Notes: generated by a model not told the origin, from the sequence alone. Shown: positions 1-12,227, counted from the stretch's first letter. The stretch: 64,000 bases of DNA from Nitrosomonas sp. (GCA_016703745.1 JADJBK010000007.1:1413-65412), one strand, 5' to 3'. Translations and numbers: made by a program.

Positions 1-1367
1 ATGGATCAGATCAAACAGGACGCACTGGCCGACAGTACCCGCCAATACCTGGCTGTCCCTTATGTTGAAAAAGATCAGGCCAAAGCTGCCGGTGCGAGCT
101 GGGACAATCATGCCAAGTCCTGGTACGTCGGAGACAATGCTGATATTCGCGCACTAGAACGCTGGTTGCCGGAGAATGTAGCCAACCAACCGGAACCTGC
201 AATAGATCCTCAGGCGGAATTTACCGAATTATTACGTTCTCATGGCTGCATTGTAGACGGCCATCATCCGGTGATGGATGGCAGCAAACAAAGAATTAAA
301 GTCGAGCATGACGTTTCCGGCGAAAAATCGGGCTTTTATGTCGCGCATCTTGACGGTCATCCTGCCGGATACTTTATCAATAACCGCACCAAGTCCGAGA
401 CACGCTGGAAAGCCAAGGGGTATTCTTTAAATGACGAGCAAAAAGCAGTACTTTCGGCACAAGCTGTCATTCAGCAGCAAAACAGAAAAATCGAGCAACA
501 CGAGCAGCAATTGAAGGTGGCTGGGAAATCAAGGCATTGCTGGCAATCGCACCGCTAGCCAATGCCGAGCATCCCTATCTGTTGGACAAAAATGCCCGAC
601 CGGGTGATTTAAAGATCGTGCCACAGAATGCGGATGATTTACCAGACGACTCCATCATCAAAATCGGTCAGGATTGGCAAGCAGCCAAGATATTGCGTGA
701 GGAAAATCCTGGCAGTATTGTTCTAACCGCTGGTGATTTATTGTTACCGGTGCAAGACATCGATGGCCAGATCTGGAGTGTGCAAACCATACAGCCTGGC
801 GGAGGCAAGTTTTTTGTGACCGGCAGTAAAAAGGAAAGTAATTTCTACGTGGTTGATGGGCAGGGCAGAGGAGTGGGTGCCCTGGACGATGCACTGATGA
901 TCATCATCGCCGAAGGCTATGCGACCGCCGACACTTTATCCCAAAGCCTGGATTGCCCGGTGGTTGCCGCATTTGATTCAGGTAATCTGCCCAAGGTCGC
1001 TCAAGTCTTGCATGAAAGATACCCGCAGAAGCCGACTGTGATCGCCGGTGATGATGATTTCATACAGGAATCGGTCAATGGTACCAATCCTGGCCGGGAA
1101 AAAGCCATCGAAGCCGCAAAGCTGGTGAACGGCGAGGCAGTTTTTCCGATTTTTGCACCGGGTGAGCAAGTGTCAATGAAGCTCAGTGATTTTAATGATC
1201 TGGCGAATAAAAGCACTTTAGGGGTTGAGGGTGTTAAGCGCCAGGTTGGTTCTGTTGCTGCGAGCGCATTGGAACAAGCCAGGGATCAAGGCAGAGCTAG
1301 AAAATTGACAAACGGTCTTGAACAAAACCAGCAGGAGAATCAGCAAAAACGAGCACTGGCCAGGTAA
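1..1367 (+). CDS. traC: 3' part of TraC-like primase (copy 1), apparent frameshift near 524
   Basis: ORFs 1-558 and 537-1367 join into the C-terminal 455 aa of the 768-aa ORF at 55559-57865; GGG here versus GGGG at 57020-57023. Confidence 0.9.
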
Positions 1368-1434
1368 AAAATGATCAATCTCTTTGCCTTTCTCCAAACA
1401 AAGCAGCGTTCAATTAGGCGACAGGTTGAGCAGG

Positions 1435-1857
1435 ATGTGCGGCGGTATTGAATACCAAAATCAGAAGATTTATTTCCCGCAACCTGATGCGCGGCTGCCT
1501 GTGCGTTTACGAAATGGCAATGTCACCTGGGTAACGTGGGGCAGACGCAAGGACGAAGCCCTCGGTAAATTTCCAAATGGCGGTTGGGCACGCCTCAATT
1601 CCATCAAGAGTGGCAAATGGAAGCCATGGCATCCAAGGCCAGTCTTAATTGTCGCTGATCAGTTCATGGAAAAAGATCAGGAGAAACAATCCCACTGGGT
1701 ACCTTTAGGCACAAGCATGATGATTCAAGGGCTATTGGCAGAAAGGAATGATGAGCTGCGGGTTTATGTGGTAACAGTCAGCACACCGCCAGAGTATGCC
1801 TGGATACATGATCGTTGGCCGAGGTTGGTTCGGCTAGATCAATGCAATGGACCCTGA
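1435..1857 (+). CDS. Miniature SRAP/YedK/HMCES-like protein (140 aa)
   Basis: ATG at 1435 gives N-terminal MCGG; FMEK and IHDRWP match the SRAP Cys2, Glu and His motifs (MCGR, FYEW, IHDRMP). Confidence 0.7.
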   Translation: MCGGIEYQNQKIYFPQPDARLPVRLRNGNVTWVTWGRRKDEALGKFPNGGWARLNSIKSGKWKPWHPRPVLIVADQFMEKDQEKQSHWVPLGTSMMIQGLLAERNDELRVYVVTVSTPPEYAWIHDRWPRLVRLDQCNGP

Positions 1858-1985
1858 TGTGCATGGCGTGGTTTTGTTGGAATTTACAAAAACCAATATA
1901 GAATTATCAAAAAATATTTGTGACAGCTCAGCATGAAGCAGGCTGAAGTGGATTACCCATGAAGGCGTGACGAAGTAATTCTAAT

Positions 1986-2012
1986 GGGTTCTGTCGCAAA
2001 TATTCGTAAAGT
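1986..2012 (+). mobile_element. Orphan IS6-like terminal inverted repeat
   Basis: GGGTTCTGTCGCAAATATTCGTAAAGT; 23-bp core is the exact reverse complement of 39909-39931. Confidence 0.55.
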
Positions 2013-2020
2013 GTAAAGCC

Positions 2021-2224
2021 ATGATCCGCTGCCATCTCGCCCGCATGATGGGCGAACACAAGATGCGTATTGCCGACGTTGCCAGAGAAACGGGCTTGAG
2101 TCGCGCCACGGTGACGTTGCTCTATAAAGAAACGGCGCAGAAAGTGGATCTGGAAACCATTGAGAAGCTGTGCCTGCTGTTTGAATGCCAAGTAGGCGAT
2201 CTACTTGAGCTGACCCAACAATAA
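2021..2224 (+). CDS. XRE/Cro-family HTH regulator upstream of hsdM
   Basis: 67 aa, [19 protein letters not shown] helix-turn-helix. Confidence 0.85.
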   Translation: MIRCHLARMMGEHKMRIADVARETGLSRATVTLLYKETAQKVDLETIEKLCLLFECQVGDLLELTQQ

Positions 2225-2320
2225 ACAGGTTTGTCCGTTAAAAGATAAAGACCCTTTGATAAGGCATTTAACGACATCCAATAAACGACTAATACCAAAA
2301 AAAACAACAGGAACTACAGA

Positions 2321-3891
2321 ATGACAAGCATCCAACAACGTGCCGCCCTACAACGCCAGATCTGGGCCATTGCCAACGATGTGCGCGGCTCAGTAGACGG
2401 CTGGGATTTTAAACAATATGTCCTGGGCACCCTGTTTTATCGCTTCATCAGCGAAAACTTTGCTCTCTATATTGAGGCCGGTGACGACAGTATTCATTAC
2501 GCTGCGCTTAGCGATGAGGTGATCACGCCAGACATCAAAGACGATGCCATTAAAACCAAGGGTTACTTCATCTACCCAAGCCAGTTGTTTGCCACTGTGG
2601 CTAAAAACGCCAACAACAACGAAAGCCTGAACACCGATTTGGCCGCGATCTTTTCCGCTATCGAAGCCTCCGCTAATAGCTACCCCTCTGAGCCGGACAT
2701 CAAAGGGTTGTTTGCCGATTTCGATACCACCAGTAACCGACTCGGTAATACCGTTAAAGACAAAAATCTGCGTTTAGCGGCCGTTTTGAAAGGCGTGGCA
2801 GGCTTGGATTTTGGCCATGATTTTTATGAAAAGCCTGATGCCGCGCAAATTGACTTGTTCGGCGATGCCTACGAATTCCTCATCTCCAACTATGCCGCCA
2901 ATGCCGGTAAATCCGGTGGTGAATTTTTACCCCGCAGCACGTATCAAAGCTGATTGCCCAACTTGCCATGCACAAGCAAACCAGCGTTAACAAAATTTAT
3001 GATCCAGCGGCCGGTTCTGGCTCGCTGCTGCTGCAAGCCAAAAAACACTTTGATAATCACATTATTGAAGATGGCTTTTGGGGGCAGGAGATTAACCACA
3101 CCACCTACAACCTTGCCCGTATGAATATGTTTTTGCACAACATCAACTACGACAAGTTCAATATGCAGCTGGGCAACACCTTAACAGACCCGCACTTTCT
3201 GGATGATAAACCCTTTGATGCCATCGTCTCCAATCCGCCCTATTCGGTGAAGTGGATAGGTAGTGATGACCCAACCCTGATTAACGATGATCGCTTTGCG
3301 CCAGCAGGTGTGCTCGCACCTAAATCCAAAGCCGACTTTGCCTTTGTGCTGCATGCACTAAGTTACTTATCCAGCAAAGGCCGCGCGGCCATTGTTTGCT
3401 TTCCCGGTATTTTTTACCGTGGCGGTGCCGAGCAGAAAATTCGCAAATATCTGGTAGATAACAACTATGTGGAAACGGTTATTTCACTCGCACCCAACCT
3501 GTTTTTTGGAACCACCATTGCTGTGACCATTCTGGTGCTCTCCAAACACAAAGCCGACACCACCACCCAGTTTATTGATGCCAGTGGTTTATTTGAAAAA
3601 AACACCAATACCAACACGCTTACCCATGACCACATCGAACAGATCATGCAGGTGTTCGATAGCAAAGCAAATGTGGAACACTTCGCTCAATCCATACCGT
3701 TTGAGAAGGTGTCCGCTAACGACTACAACCTGTCGGTGAGCAGCTATGTAGAAGCCAAAGACACCCGCACAGTGACTAACATTGTTGAGCTAAATACTGA
3801 TCTAAAAATTACTGTCGCTAAGATCACCCAACTGCGTATTGATATTGATGCGATTGTTGCCGAGATTGAAGGCGATGAGGTTGAAGCATGA
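2321..3891 (+). CDS. hsdM: Type I RM methyltransferase (copy 1, apparent frameshift near 2926)
   Basis: [28 protein letters not shown] start as in EcoR124I HsdM; YDPAAGSG and NPPY motifs; T5 here versus T6 in copy 2. Confidence 0.93.
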
Positions 3892-5028
3892 GCAGCATGA
3901 GTTATATGGAAAAGCTGCTTGATGGCGTTGAGGTAGAGTGGAAGGCGTTAGGTGATGTTGTTGCGATTAATACCGGTCAAAAGCCATCTGAAATTCTTGA
4001 TAGTGCGACAGATTTTGATTATATCAATGCTGGTACATCTAGGTCAGGATATAGCGCAACTAGCAATTGCGAAGGTGACACGGTTACAACTCCATCCCGA
4101 GGGCAAGGAGGGATCGGTTATGTAGGATATCAAAAAGATCCGTTTTGGTTAGGTCCTTTGTGCTACAAGATGAAGTCACTTGATAATGCTTTTTTGATTA
4201 ATAAATATATCTTCTATTTTTTTCAATCAAAAAGCGCATTGTTATTAGGTTTAAAAAAAGAAGGTGGAGTTCCTGCTGTCAATAAGTCTGATTTGGCTAG
4301 ATTAGAAATTCCAATCCCCTGCCCAGACAACCCCAAAAAATCCCTAGAAATCCAAACCGAAATCGTCCGTATTCTGGACACCTTCACCGAGCTGACCACC
4401 GAGCTGACCACCGAGCTGACCACCGAGCTGACCGCCCGCAAAAAACAATACAACTACTACCGCGAGCAGTTATTGAGCTTTGAAGAAGGGGAAGTGGAGT
4501 GGAAGACGTTGGGGTCGGTAGTAAATATAAAAAATGGTAAAGACTGGAAGAAGTTAGGGGCTGGAAATATTCCTGTATACGGTTCTGGCGGTGTCATGCT
4601 GTATGTTGACACTTTTGCTTATGACAAGCCAACGGTGTTGATTCCAAGAAAAGGATCAATCACAAATATCTTTTTATGTTGAATCGCCATTTTGGAATGT
4701 CGATACGATTTACTACACCGAGATTGATACCGACCAAATTATTCCTAAGTTCTTCTATTACTTTATGAAGACGCTAGATTTAATGCAGTTGGATACTGGC
4801 TCTGGCAGGCCTAGTCTTACACAAGCAATATTGAATGAAATTAAAGTCCCCTTACCAATGCTGGCTGAGCAAGCTCGTATTGTTTCTATTCTCGATAAAT
4901 TCGATGCCCTAATCAACTCCATCAGCGATGGCTTACCCCGCGAAATTGAATTGCGCCAAAAGCAATACGAGTATTACCGCGATTTGCTGTTGAACTTCCC
5001 CAAGCCGGGTGCCGAGGTAGCGGCCTAA
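3888..5028 (+). CDS. hsdS: Type I RM specificity subunit (copy 1, apparent frameshift near 4670)
   Basis: Two TRDs with type IC conserved regions ([42 protein letters not shown]); ATGA overlap with hsdM. Confidence 0.92.
4386..4433 (+). repeat. Four perfect 12-bp tandem repeats (ACCGAGCTGACC) in the hsdS spacer
   Basis: Read directly; encodes (TELT)4 at the position of the EcoR124 TAEL repeats. Confidence 0.95.
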
Positions 5029-5090
5029 TGCATCATCTAAAACCCGTAGGGACAAACTGCTCCCAGCTACAGCCATAAGGAAGGAACCCT

Positions 5091-6123
5091 ATGACCAAGC
5101 AATTAAGCCTGCAAGACCAAAGCACGGAGTTCCTGCTTTACACCGCACCCAGTGGGGCGGTGAAAGTCGAGGTGCTGCTCAGTGGCGAAACTCTGTGGCT
5201 GACGCAAAAGCGTATGGCCGAGCTGTTTGGCGTGGGCGTACCGGCCATTTCCAAGCATTTAGAGAATATCTATTCAAGCGGTGAATTAGATCAAAAGGCA
5301 ACTATTTCCCTTTTGGAAACAGTTCAGCAAGAAGGGAGGCGCGAAGTTAAGCGTAAGCTCGAATACTACAACCTGGATGCTGTGATTTCTGTCGGTTACC
5401 GGGTCAATTCTACCCAAGCTACCCAATTCCGCATCTGGGCGACAGCACTCATCAAAGAGTACATTATCAAGGGCTTTGCCATGGATGATGAGCGCCTGAA
5501 AAATGGCCGCTTTTTTGGCAAGGACTACTTCCGCGAGTTGCTGGAGCGGGTACGCTCCATCCGCGCCAGCGAGCGGCGCATTTACCAGCAGATTACCGAT
5601 ATTTTCGCCGAGTGCAGTATTGATTACGATCCAAAATCAAAAACCACCCGGCTGTTTTACGCTCATGTGCAGGACAAGTTTCATTTTGCTATCACCGGCC
5701 ATACCGCCGCCGAAATCATTGCGCTGAAGGCCGATGCCAGCAAACCCCTGATGGGCATGAGCACCTATAAAAAATGCACCGGACGGGCGGGTATTAAAAT
5801 CGGACGCTTCAGCGGCCAAAAATTATTTAAGTGAAGATGAAATCAAAAAGCTGGAACGCAGCGTATCGGCTTTTTTTGACTACATCGAGGGCATCATAGA
5901 GCGGCGTAACACCTTCACCATGGAAGCGTTTACCGAGAGCGTGAACAAGTTCCTCGCCTTTAATGAATATCAAATTCTGGAAGGTTTCGGAAAAGTGTCG
6001 CGCCAGCTGGCAGAGCAAAAGGCCCATGCGGAATACGACAAATTCAACAAGCAACAACGCATCGAATCAGACTTTGATCGCGAAATAAAAAAGCTACTGA
6101 ACAGCAAGGATAAAGACGCATGA
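5091..6123 (+). CDS. rhuM: RhuM-family protein (copy 1, apparent frameshift near 5770)
   Basis: [38 protein letters not shown] motifs; intact 343-aa copy at 61588-62619. Confidence 0.88.
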
Positions 6124-6135
6124 CGGATTATAAAA
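6120..6135 (+). pseudogene. hsdR: hsdR stub (first 16 nt) cut by IS end
   Basis: ATGACGGATTATAAAA identical to 62616-62631, then IS TIR. Confidence 0.9.
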
Positions 6136-7226
6136 GGCGTTGTTGAATAAATCAAAATGAGCCAAATGGCTCCGTTCTGCCGTTAATTGTTAGAGTTTTA
6201 CGGACACCGGCATGCCTAGATTGGCCATTCTGTTGAGTGCAGACGCACTAATCCACGCTTCTGTTTTTTGCTGTGGGAGTGCACGCGCTTTCATGGCGTT
6301 GCCAAAAATACGCTTGTAGCGTTGCACGGCAAGCTCGGCATAGTTGCGCAAACCATATCCTGTCTTCTTTTGCCAAGCAATGCGGCCATGCTGTTCAATT
6401 ACCCTGATATGACCGTCCCGCTGACTGTCGCCTGTAGCGGAGCGGACGGCAGTCTTGTGCGGTGGAATGATCACTTGTGCATCAGGTTGATGATTCAAAA
6501 CCGCCTGGGAAATCGGTTCACCATCATAGGCGCCATCGGCGATGAAGGTATCAAAAGGCGTATCAATTTGGGCAAGCAAATCCGGGATTGCAGTGGGGTC
6601 GCCTATTTCAGGTGGGGTCAGTTCGCACGCCAGCAATTGATGGTTCTCATCGACCGCAAGATGCAATTTACGCCAAGTGCGCCGGGCCGCAACGTCATGC
6701 TTTTCCTGGTGCCAGTCGTCTTTGCCGTAAACCTTGAGACCGGTTGAATCAACAATAACAAGACTACCCGGTTCCATCGCTTTGGTTAGGGTATGCTGAG
6801 GTAACTTAATGCTGCGCCTGGACAGGCTACTGAAGTCAGGAATGGTGATGTCAACTTTCATGATACCGGCAAGCGAGTTCATGAAACCTTCGGTTTGACG
6901 TAAGGGCAGATGGAAGACCTGGCGGATAAATAGAGCTGTTTCTATGGCGAGATTAGAATATTCCTGCGGCCTGCCGCGAGCTCCCGTTCTGGTGGGGCGC
7001 CACTCAGCAATTGCCGCTTCCGTAAACCAAATCGTGATATCACCCCGTCGCCGCAATCCGTTGTTATACTCATGCCAGTTCATCACTTTATAACGAGATT
7101 TTTCGATCTTATGACGGCGACTTTCGTTGTGTTTATAAGGCATTGGCTTCTCTGCAGGTGAAATCCTGCAGAATTATGCCAGATGTGCCATCTTTTTACC
7201 GACAGTTCGATTTATTCAACAACGCC
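6136..7226 (-). mobile_element. IS5 family, IS903 group; transposase 6190-7143 (317 aa)
   Basis: Perfect 18-bp TIRs GGCGTTGTTGAATAAATC (IS903: GGCTTTGTTGAATAAATC); VDSTGLKVYG, WRKLHLAVD, ADGAYD motifs; no target duplication. Confidence 0.93.
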
Positions 7227-7327
7227 CCTCGCAACGGTGTGCCGAGTATTACGATAGCCAAATAATCATGAGGCTTTAAAAAGTTACCTGAGAGTCGGTT
7301 GGTTCTGTCGCATTAACGAAAGAAAGC

Positions 7328-8598
7328 TGAGGTATGCTGATTTTCATGGAGTCCGAAGTTTCATAAAATGAAGACATGAAATGGAGGATGGAGATGGAAT
7401 TACGCCGCGCACAATATAGCCAGGAATTTAGGGAGCAATCAGTTAAGTTTTTTAAAGAAAGTGGATTAACTTTGGTTGAGGCGGCAAAACGGCTATCTTT
7501 ACCGAAAGGAACATTAAAGAATTGGGTTTATGCTGACAAACGAGGAGAACTCGCATTGGTAGGTAAGCATCAGAAGCCGCTGACTGAAGTTGAATTAGAG
7601 CTATCCAGAGTTAAACGAGAATTAGCAGAAGTGAAGATGGAGCGTGACTTTATAAAAAAGTGTGCGACGTATTTCGCGAAGGGGTCGCGGTGAGATACGG
7701 TCTGATTGAATCGATGCGACAAAGATATCCGATTGCGCTCATGTGCCGGGCATTTGATGTTTCCGAGAGCGGCTTTCATGTCCAAAGGACTCGCCCAGTC
7801 TGTAAGCGTAAGCAGGAGAATGCAAGACTGGAAATAGAAATACTGGCCGCACACCAACGTACACGAGAGACCTACAGTGCCGAGCGCTTGCATCATGACT
7901 TGGCGGATCACGGAGTACAAACCACACCATACCGCGTTAGAACATTGCGCAAGAAATTGAACTTGCGTTGTAAGCAAAAACTGAAACTCAAGGCGACAAC
8001 CGATTCTAAACATCATTTACCGGTTGCGCCCAATATTCTGAACCGGGAATTTGCTGTTAACGCACCGGGTAAAGTGTGGGTCAGTGACATCACTTACATC
8101 CCTACAGACGAAGGTTGGTTGTATTTAGCTGGCGTAAAGGATCTGTTTAATGGAGAGCTGGTAGGCTATGCCATGAATGAGAGAATGACTAGGAGCCTGG
8201 TTATACAGGCATTATTTCGTGCAACTGCAAGTAAACATCCCGGTAAGGGACTGATTGCTCACTCAGATCGCGGCAGCCAATACTGTGCACATGATTACCA
8301 GAATTTATTGCAACAATTTGGCATGATCGCTTCCATGAGTCGCAAGGGTGATTGCTATGATAACGCGCCGATGGAAAGTTTCTGGGGAATACTTAAAACC
8401 GAGCTGGTGCATCATCGGAGATTCAAAACACGACAACAAGCCATTCAGGAGATTACCGAATATATAGAAATCTTCTATAACCGGCAGCGAAAACAGAAAA
8501 GGCTGGGCTACTTGTCACCAGCACAATTCACGCAGCAATACTATGCAAATCTGCTTGTTGCTTAAACCGATGGACTCCATTTTTGACAGCACATATCA
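7328..8598 (+). mobile_element. IS3-family element copy 1 (orfA 7376-7693, orfB to 8565)
   Basis: TGA..TCA ends with imperfect 27-bp TIRs; A6G -1 frameshift motif near 7654; WVSDITY, HSDRGSQY, ESFWGILKTE DDE motifs. Confidence 0.95.
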
Positions 8599-8845
8599 CT
8601 GTGCAGCGTGCCGAGTTTCGCTGGGTCAATACGCTTCCTGGCAATCTCAAGACTGCCTTCAGTGGAACATACCATGCATTCAATCACGCCAAGTATGCAC
8701 AGCGCTATCTTGCAGAATTCTCCTATCGCTTCAATCGCCGTTTTGATTTGGCTGCCATGGTGCCGCGATTGCTGCGCGCCGCCGCAACGACAGAACCTCT
8801 TCCGCTCGGTACATTGAGAATTTCTGAGACAAGTAACTAATCAGG
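8599..8845 (+). mobile_element. IS1595-family 3' remnant
   Basis: RWVNTLPGNLKT..YHAF..YLAEFSYRFNRR; ends CTAATCAGG like 23318-23955. Confidence 0.8.
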
Positions 8846-9636
8846 AAACCTTTTGCATCCGAATGCTATAATAAGCCAGTGGATGTGCTACGCAGTTGGT
8901 AGAGCACCTTCTCGCGCCTTACGAGCGCTGGGGTGAACCAATATTGGGGAACCCGTTGGTTTCTAGCGTTTTACACAAGACGGCGAAAGCTCGACGACTA
9001 TCTTGAGAGGTTCTACATTGATTTTTGGCGTGTCGAGTCTATCGACCCGAAACGCAGACACTGGACGGCTGCACGGAACTCCATTCGTGATGGCGCACGC
9101 GTAGTCGCGATCGCTCTGTGGCTGTCCATTCTTCTAGTAATCTTTTTACGTTTAGTCAAATAGAGAGACGCGACGAATGTTGTCAGTTCATTACCTCGCG
9201 AGTGGCTACCCATCATGCGGGCTTCGCCTGCTCGCTCCGCACCCTTCACCTGGCACGTGTCTGCTTTCAGAAAGTCTATCTGACTGCTGTGCGTCGAAAT
9301 CGGACAGTCGGCTTGTATTCAGAAGCTCGCTGCATTGCATTGCGTCTATTGTGGATGGTCTGGAGACAGACATTACATTTGCAATTATCGCGAGCCCACG
9401 ACCCTGGAATGCAAGCCGGCGCGGATAAATGCAAGCTCATTTGCAGATAATGTGAGCCCGCTGGTTATTTCAGTTGCAGTTAATCTGAGCCAGCAACGGC
9501 GTCAAATGCGAGCTTGGCCGGTTTCAAACGCGAGCCGTTACACCTAACAACTGAGTTCAGAGGCGAGCACTCTTGGGGGACAGGTCTATATTTTAAAATA
9601 TTAAATGTAGGACTGCCCCTTCTTACTCCTGAGTTA

Positions 9637-10512
9637 CTATTTTTCGTTCTTATAGAATGACCGTCTCACAAAAAAAACATGCCGTTCATCTCCCACGTCG
9701 ACTTCGATCTCAAATTCACCTTCGGTTTTATGAGTTAATCCCCTAGTATCGGTGACTATCAACCCCCCATGCCCTTCACCAGGTGCTATTGTTTGCGCTT
9801 TCATAACTAGTTGTTCCGCTAATTGTCTGCTGTTCTGGGCACTGGCTGCTATTGAGTCTAAGTTATTTCTAAAATTTTGACTATTCTGGTTCGCCAATAT
9901 TCGCGCTTTAGCTGGGTCATAAGTGGTTGTGGTAGAAATACCACTGTATGAACCAGAGTAGTTGCCAGATATACCAGCAGTATATGGTCTGTATCCGTAA
10001 CTTCCATAGCCACTATAGGATCCGTATGTTCTACCAGTATTATATGTAGTTGAAGTACTATAAGCCGCACTTGATGCACTTAGTGCGCCTGCAGCAGCAG
10101 CCCATGCCGCAGCTCTTTTACGTCTCCCTCCTTCTTCCTCTATTTCCATCATTATATCTGAGTAAGACAGTACGTTTATTGGTTGAGTATTAGAGGCAGG
10201 CTGACCAGCACTTTTTACCTTTAACGAAACACGAATATTGTCACTACTTATATTTATAAACTCTTTGCCTAAATTTTGTACATACAAAACATATGATGTA
10301 AATGAGGTTGCGTTATTCAGGTGGCTATAAGGGGCTAGCGTTACAAAGTGTGTTTTCTTAGATATGATCGTTTCCTTTCCATCATCATAAACAAACTCTT
10401 GTCCCTCAGTTTTGATAGGTGACATTTTCATATAATGCACTGAAGCACATCCTGTCATACTTAATATTAGGACAATTAACGCAGGAAAGTTAATTGACAT
10501 TTCCCTTTTCAT
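9637..10512 (-). CDS. Hypothetical lipoprotein (291 aa)
   Basis: Signal peptide with lipobox MTGC; Ala-rich helix and S/T/G/Y-rich segment; AGGAG upstream. Confidence 0.75.
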   Translation of the reverse strand: MKREMSINFPALIVLILSMTGCASVHYMKMSPIKTEGQEFVYDDGKETIISKKTHFVTLAPYSHLNNATSFTSYVLYVQNLGKEFINISSDNIRVSLKVKSAGQPASNTQPINVLSYSDIMMEIEEEGGRRKRAAAWAAAAGALSASSAAYSTSTTYNTGRTYGSYSGYGSYGYRPYTAGISGNYSGSYSGISTTTTYDPAKARILANQNSQNFRNNLDSIAASAQNSRQLAEQLVMKAQTIAPGEGHGGLIVTDTRGLTHKTEGEFEIEVDVGDERHVFFVRRSFYKNEK

Positions 10513-10547
10513 GTACCTTCTCCTTTACTCATGACGCCCCACTGCAA

Positions 10548-11126
10548 CTACTTGTTGTCCCCGACCGCTTGGTAGAACTTGGTATACGAATTTTGAGAAA
10601 TGCCTCTTAGGCGCTCTCTAAATTTGTCAGAAAAACTCGGCAGCCACTTGAAATAGATTTGATAAGCGGTCTCTTTCTTTAAATTAATTTGATCACTTGT
10701 TTTTTCTGTTAGCGCCAAATATTCTTTTATCTTGTCATGCGCATCGTCGTATTCCGTCTTAAATGGATCAAGACTTTTCTTTATTACGGCTATTTCTATT
10801 TCAAGTATGTTAGATACGTTTATTATTAGACACTTGAAATTCAGGGTCAAAATGTATCTTGTTATAATGGAGCGAACCTGCAGCCAATGAAACGATGTCC
10901 AGTTTTTTTCTATGTAGGATTTAACAATGCGAAATTTTCTTTTCTCATTGCCGTCGTAATGAGACTGACTGACATCAGGTAAATCTAGAGCCTTAGATGA
11001 CAACACGCTGGCGGCCGTTGAACATCCCGACCCAGTACGGCCAGTCAATCCGATAACGACAAAGTTACCCGCCTCTTTATAGATACGTTCCAAAGCGTGA
11101 GAAATAGCTGTTTTATTTTGTTCCAT
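10548..11126 (-). pseudogene. Truncated P-loop-kinase N-terminus of a probable anti-phage dCTP deaminase
   Basis: FVVIGLTGRTGSGCSTAA P-loop typical of kinase-deaminase fusions; ends after 192 aa with no HAE/PCxxC deaminase domain. Confidence 0.55.
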
Positions 11127-11501
11127 TCGTCCCCCAGTCTTATTGCCGAGTGACATGACCCTACGGCATGAGCATACTGGGCTGACGCAGGTTCGTTTGT
11201 CTTGCCGCCCAACACAATATATAAGACATTTTGTCCAAAAAATCGGAGTTGACACTATTAACTTTATTTAAATTCATTTATGTAAATAAATTAATAGTTA
11301 AGAAGACGATTTAATATACACTTTGTTAGTCAAATTTTTGCAGTTATATTATTTATTTGTCAATAAATACAAATGTTTGTTTCACATAGAAACCAAAATT
11401 TTGTGAGCAAGCAGTATAAATAGATAGGGCAATGCGATCATGTTTATTAAATGTCATTAACGACTATTTTCTCTCTTTCTTTAAACAGCACTTTCACCGG
11501 T

Positions 11502-12116
11502 CTACTGCCCGGTCACCAATTTTTTCCCATCTGGGCGCAGCTCACCTTTTGGTGAAAGATGTCTATACAGCGTTTGCCGCGTGATACCGAGTTCCTGGCA
11601 CAAATCACTCACCTTAGTTTCTGGCTGACCCATTGCCGCCATAGCCAATCGGAGTTTCGCAGTAGTCATCTTGAAAGGGCGACCGCCTTTTCTGCCACGT
11701 GCCCGGGCTGAAGCCAAGCCAGCTTTGGTACGTTCTGCAATCAGTTCCCGCTCGAATTCGGCCAAAGCTGCGAAAATACCGAAAACCAGTTTCCCGGCAG
11801 CGCTGGTTGTATCAATGGCCGCGCCATGCCCAGTGAGCACTTTGAGTCCAACTCCTTTCGAGGTAAGGTCATGCACGGTGTTGATCAAGTGCCGCAAGTT
11901 GCGCCCGAGGCGGTCCAGCTTCCACACCAGGAGCGTATCCCCTTTGCGTAGTGCTTTGAGGCACGCCGCGAGTCCTGGCCGGTCTTCGCGCTTACCGGAA
12001 GCTTGATCCTCATAGAGCTGGTAAGGATCAACACCCGCAGACAGCAGAGCATCTTTCTGTAAGTCCGTCGACTGTGATCCGTCCGCTTTTGAAACTCGCA
12101 TGTAGCCAATCAGCAC
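11502..12116 (-). CDS. Serine resolvase/invertase (204 aa)
   Basis: LIGYMRVS, LVWKLDRLGR, C-terminal HTH (ELGITRQTLYRH). Confidence 0.95.
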   Translation of the reverse strand: MLIGYMRVSKADGSQSTDLQKDALLSAGVDPYQLYEDQASGKREDRPGLAACLKALRKGDTLLVWKLDRLGRNLRHLINTVHDLTSKGVGLKVLTGHGAAIDTTSAAGKLVFGIFAALAEFERELIAERTKAGLASARARGRKGGRPFKMTTAKLRLAMAAMGQPETKVSDLCQELGITRQTLYRHLSPKGELRPDGKKLVTGQ

Positions 12117-12126
12117 CTATTCCTCC

Positions 12127-12154
12127 TGTCACATATACGTTCGATTATGTGACA
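12127..12154. promoter_or_regulatory. Resolvase-binding (res) subsite
   Basis: TGTCACATA-N10-TATGTGACA inverted repeat just upstream of the resolvase start. Confidence 0.6.
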
Positions 12155-12227
12155 GTGTGCACCGGAAAGTTTAGGCCGTCAAAATTTGTCACTTAACCCG
12201 TCATTTATTCTAAGGAATGCAAAAGGT

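Larger units (their letters stand above)
1..6135. repeat. Copy 1 of a ~6.1-kb direct repeat (traC 3' part to hsdR codon 6)
   Basis: Matches 56498-62631 apart from homopolymer indels and at least two substitutions; identity stops exactly at the IS end at 6136. Confidence 0.97.

Noticed and set aside
4386-4433. CRISPR-like repeat
   Set aside because: Spacer-less 12-bp coding tandem repeat; no repeat-spacer array or cas gene anywhere in the window
523-5780. Phase variation of traC, hsdM, hsdS and rhuM by homopolymer slippage
   Set aside because: Runs are short (3-9 nt), indels are scattered and complementary between the two copies, and the consensus restores every gene; this is the usual long-read error pattern. 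Short-read polishing would decide.
8875-8945. tRNA-like segment (CGCAGTTGGTAGAGCAC resembles a D-arm)
   Set aside because: No anticodon stem, TTCRA T-loop or acceptor stem could be built
8846-9540. Several 70-110 aa ORFs
   Set aside because: Mutually overlapping, mostly non-ATG or lacking an RBS, and no family signal
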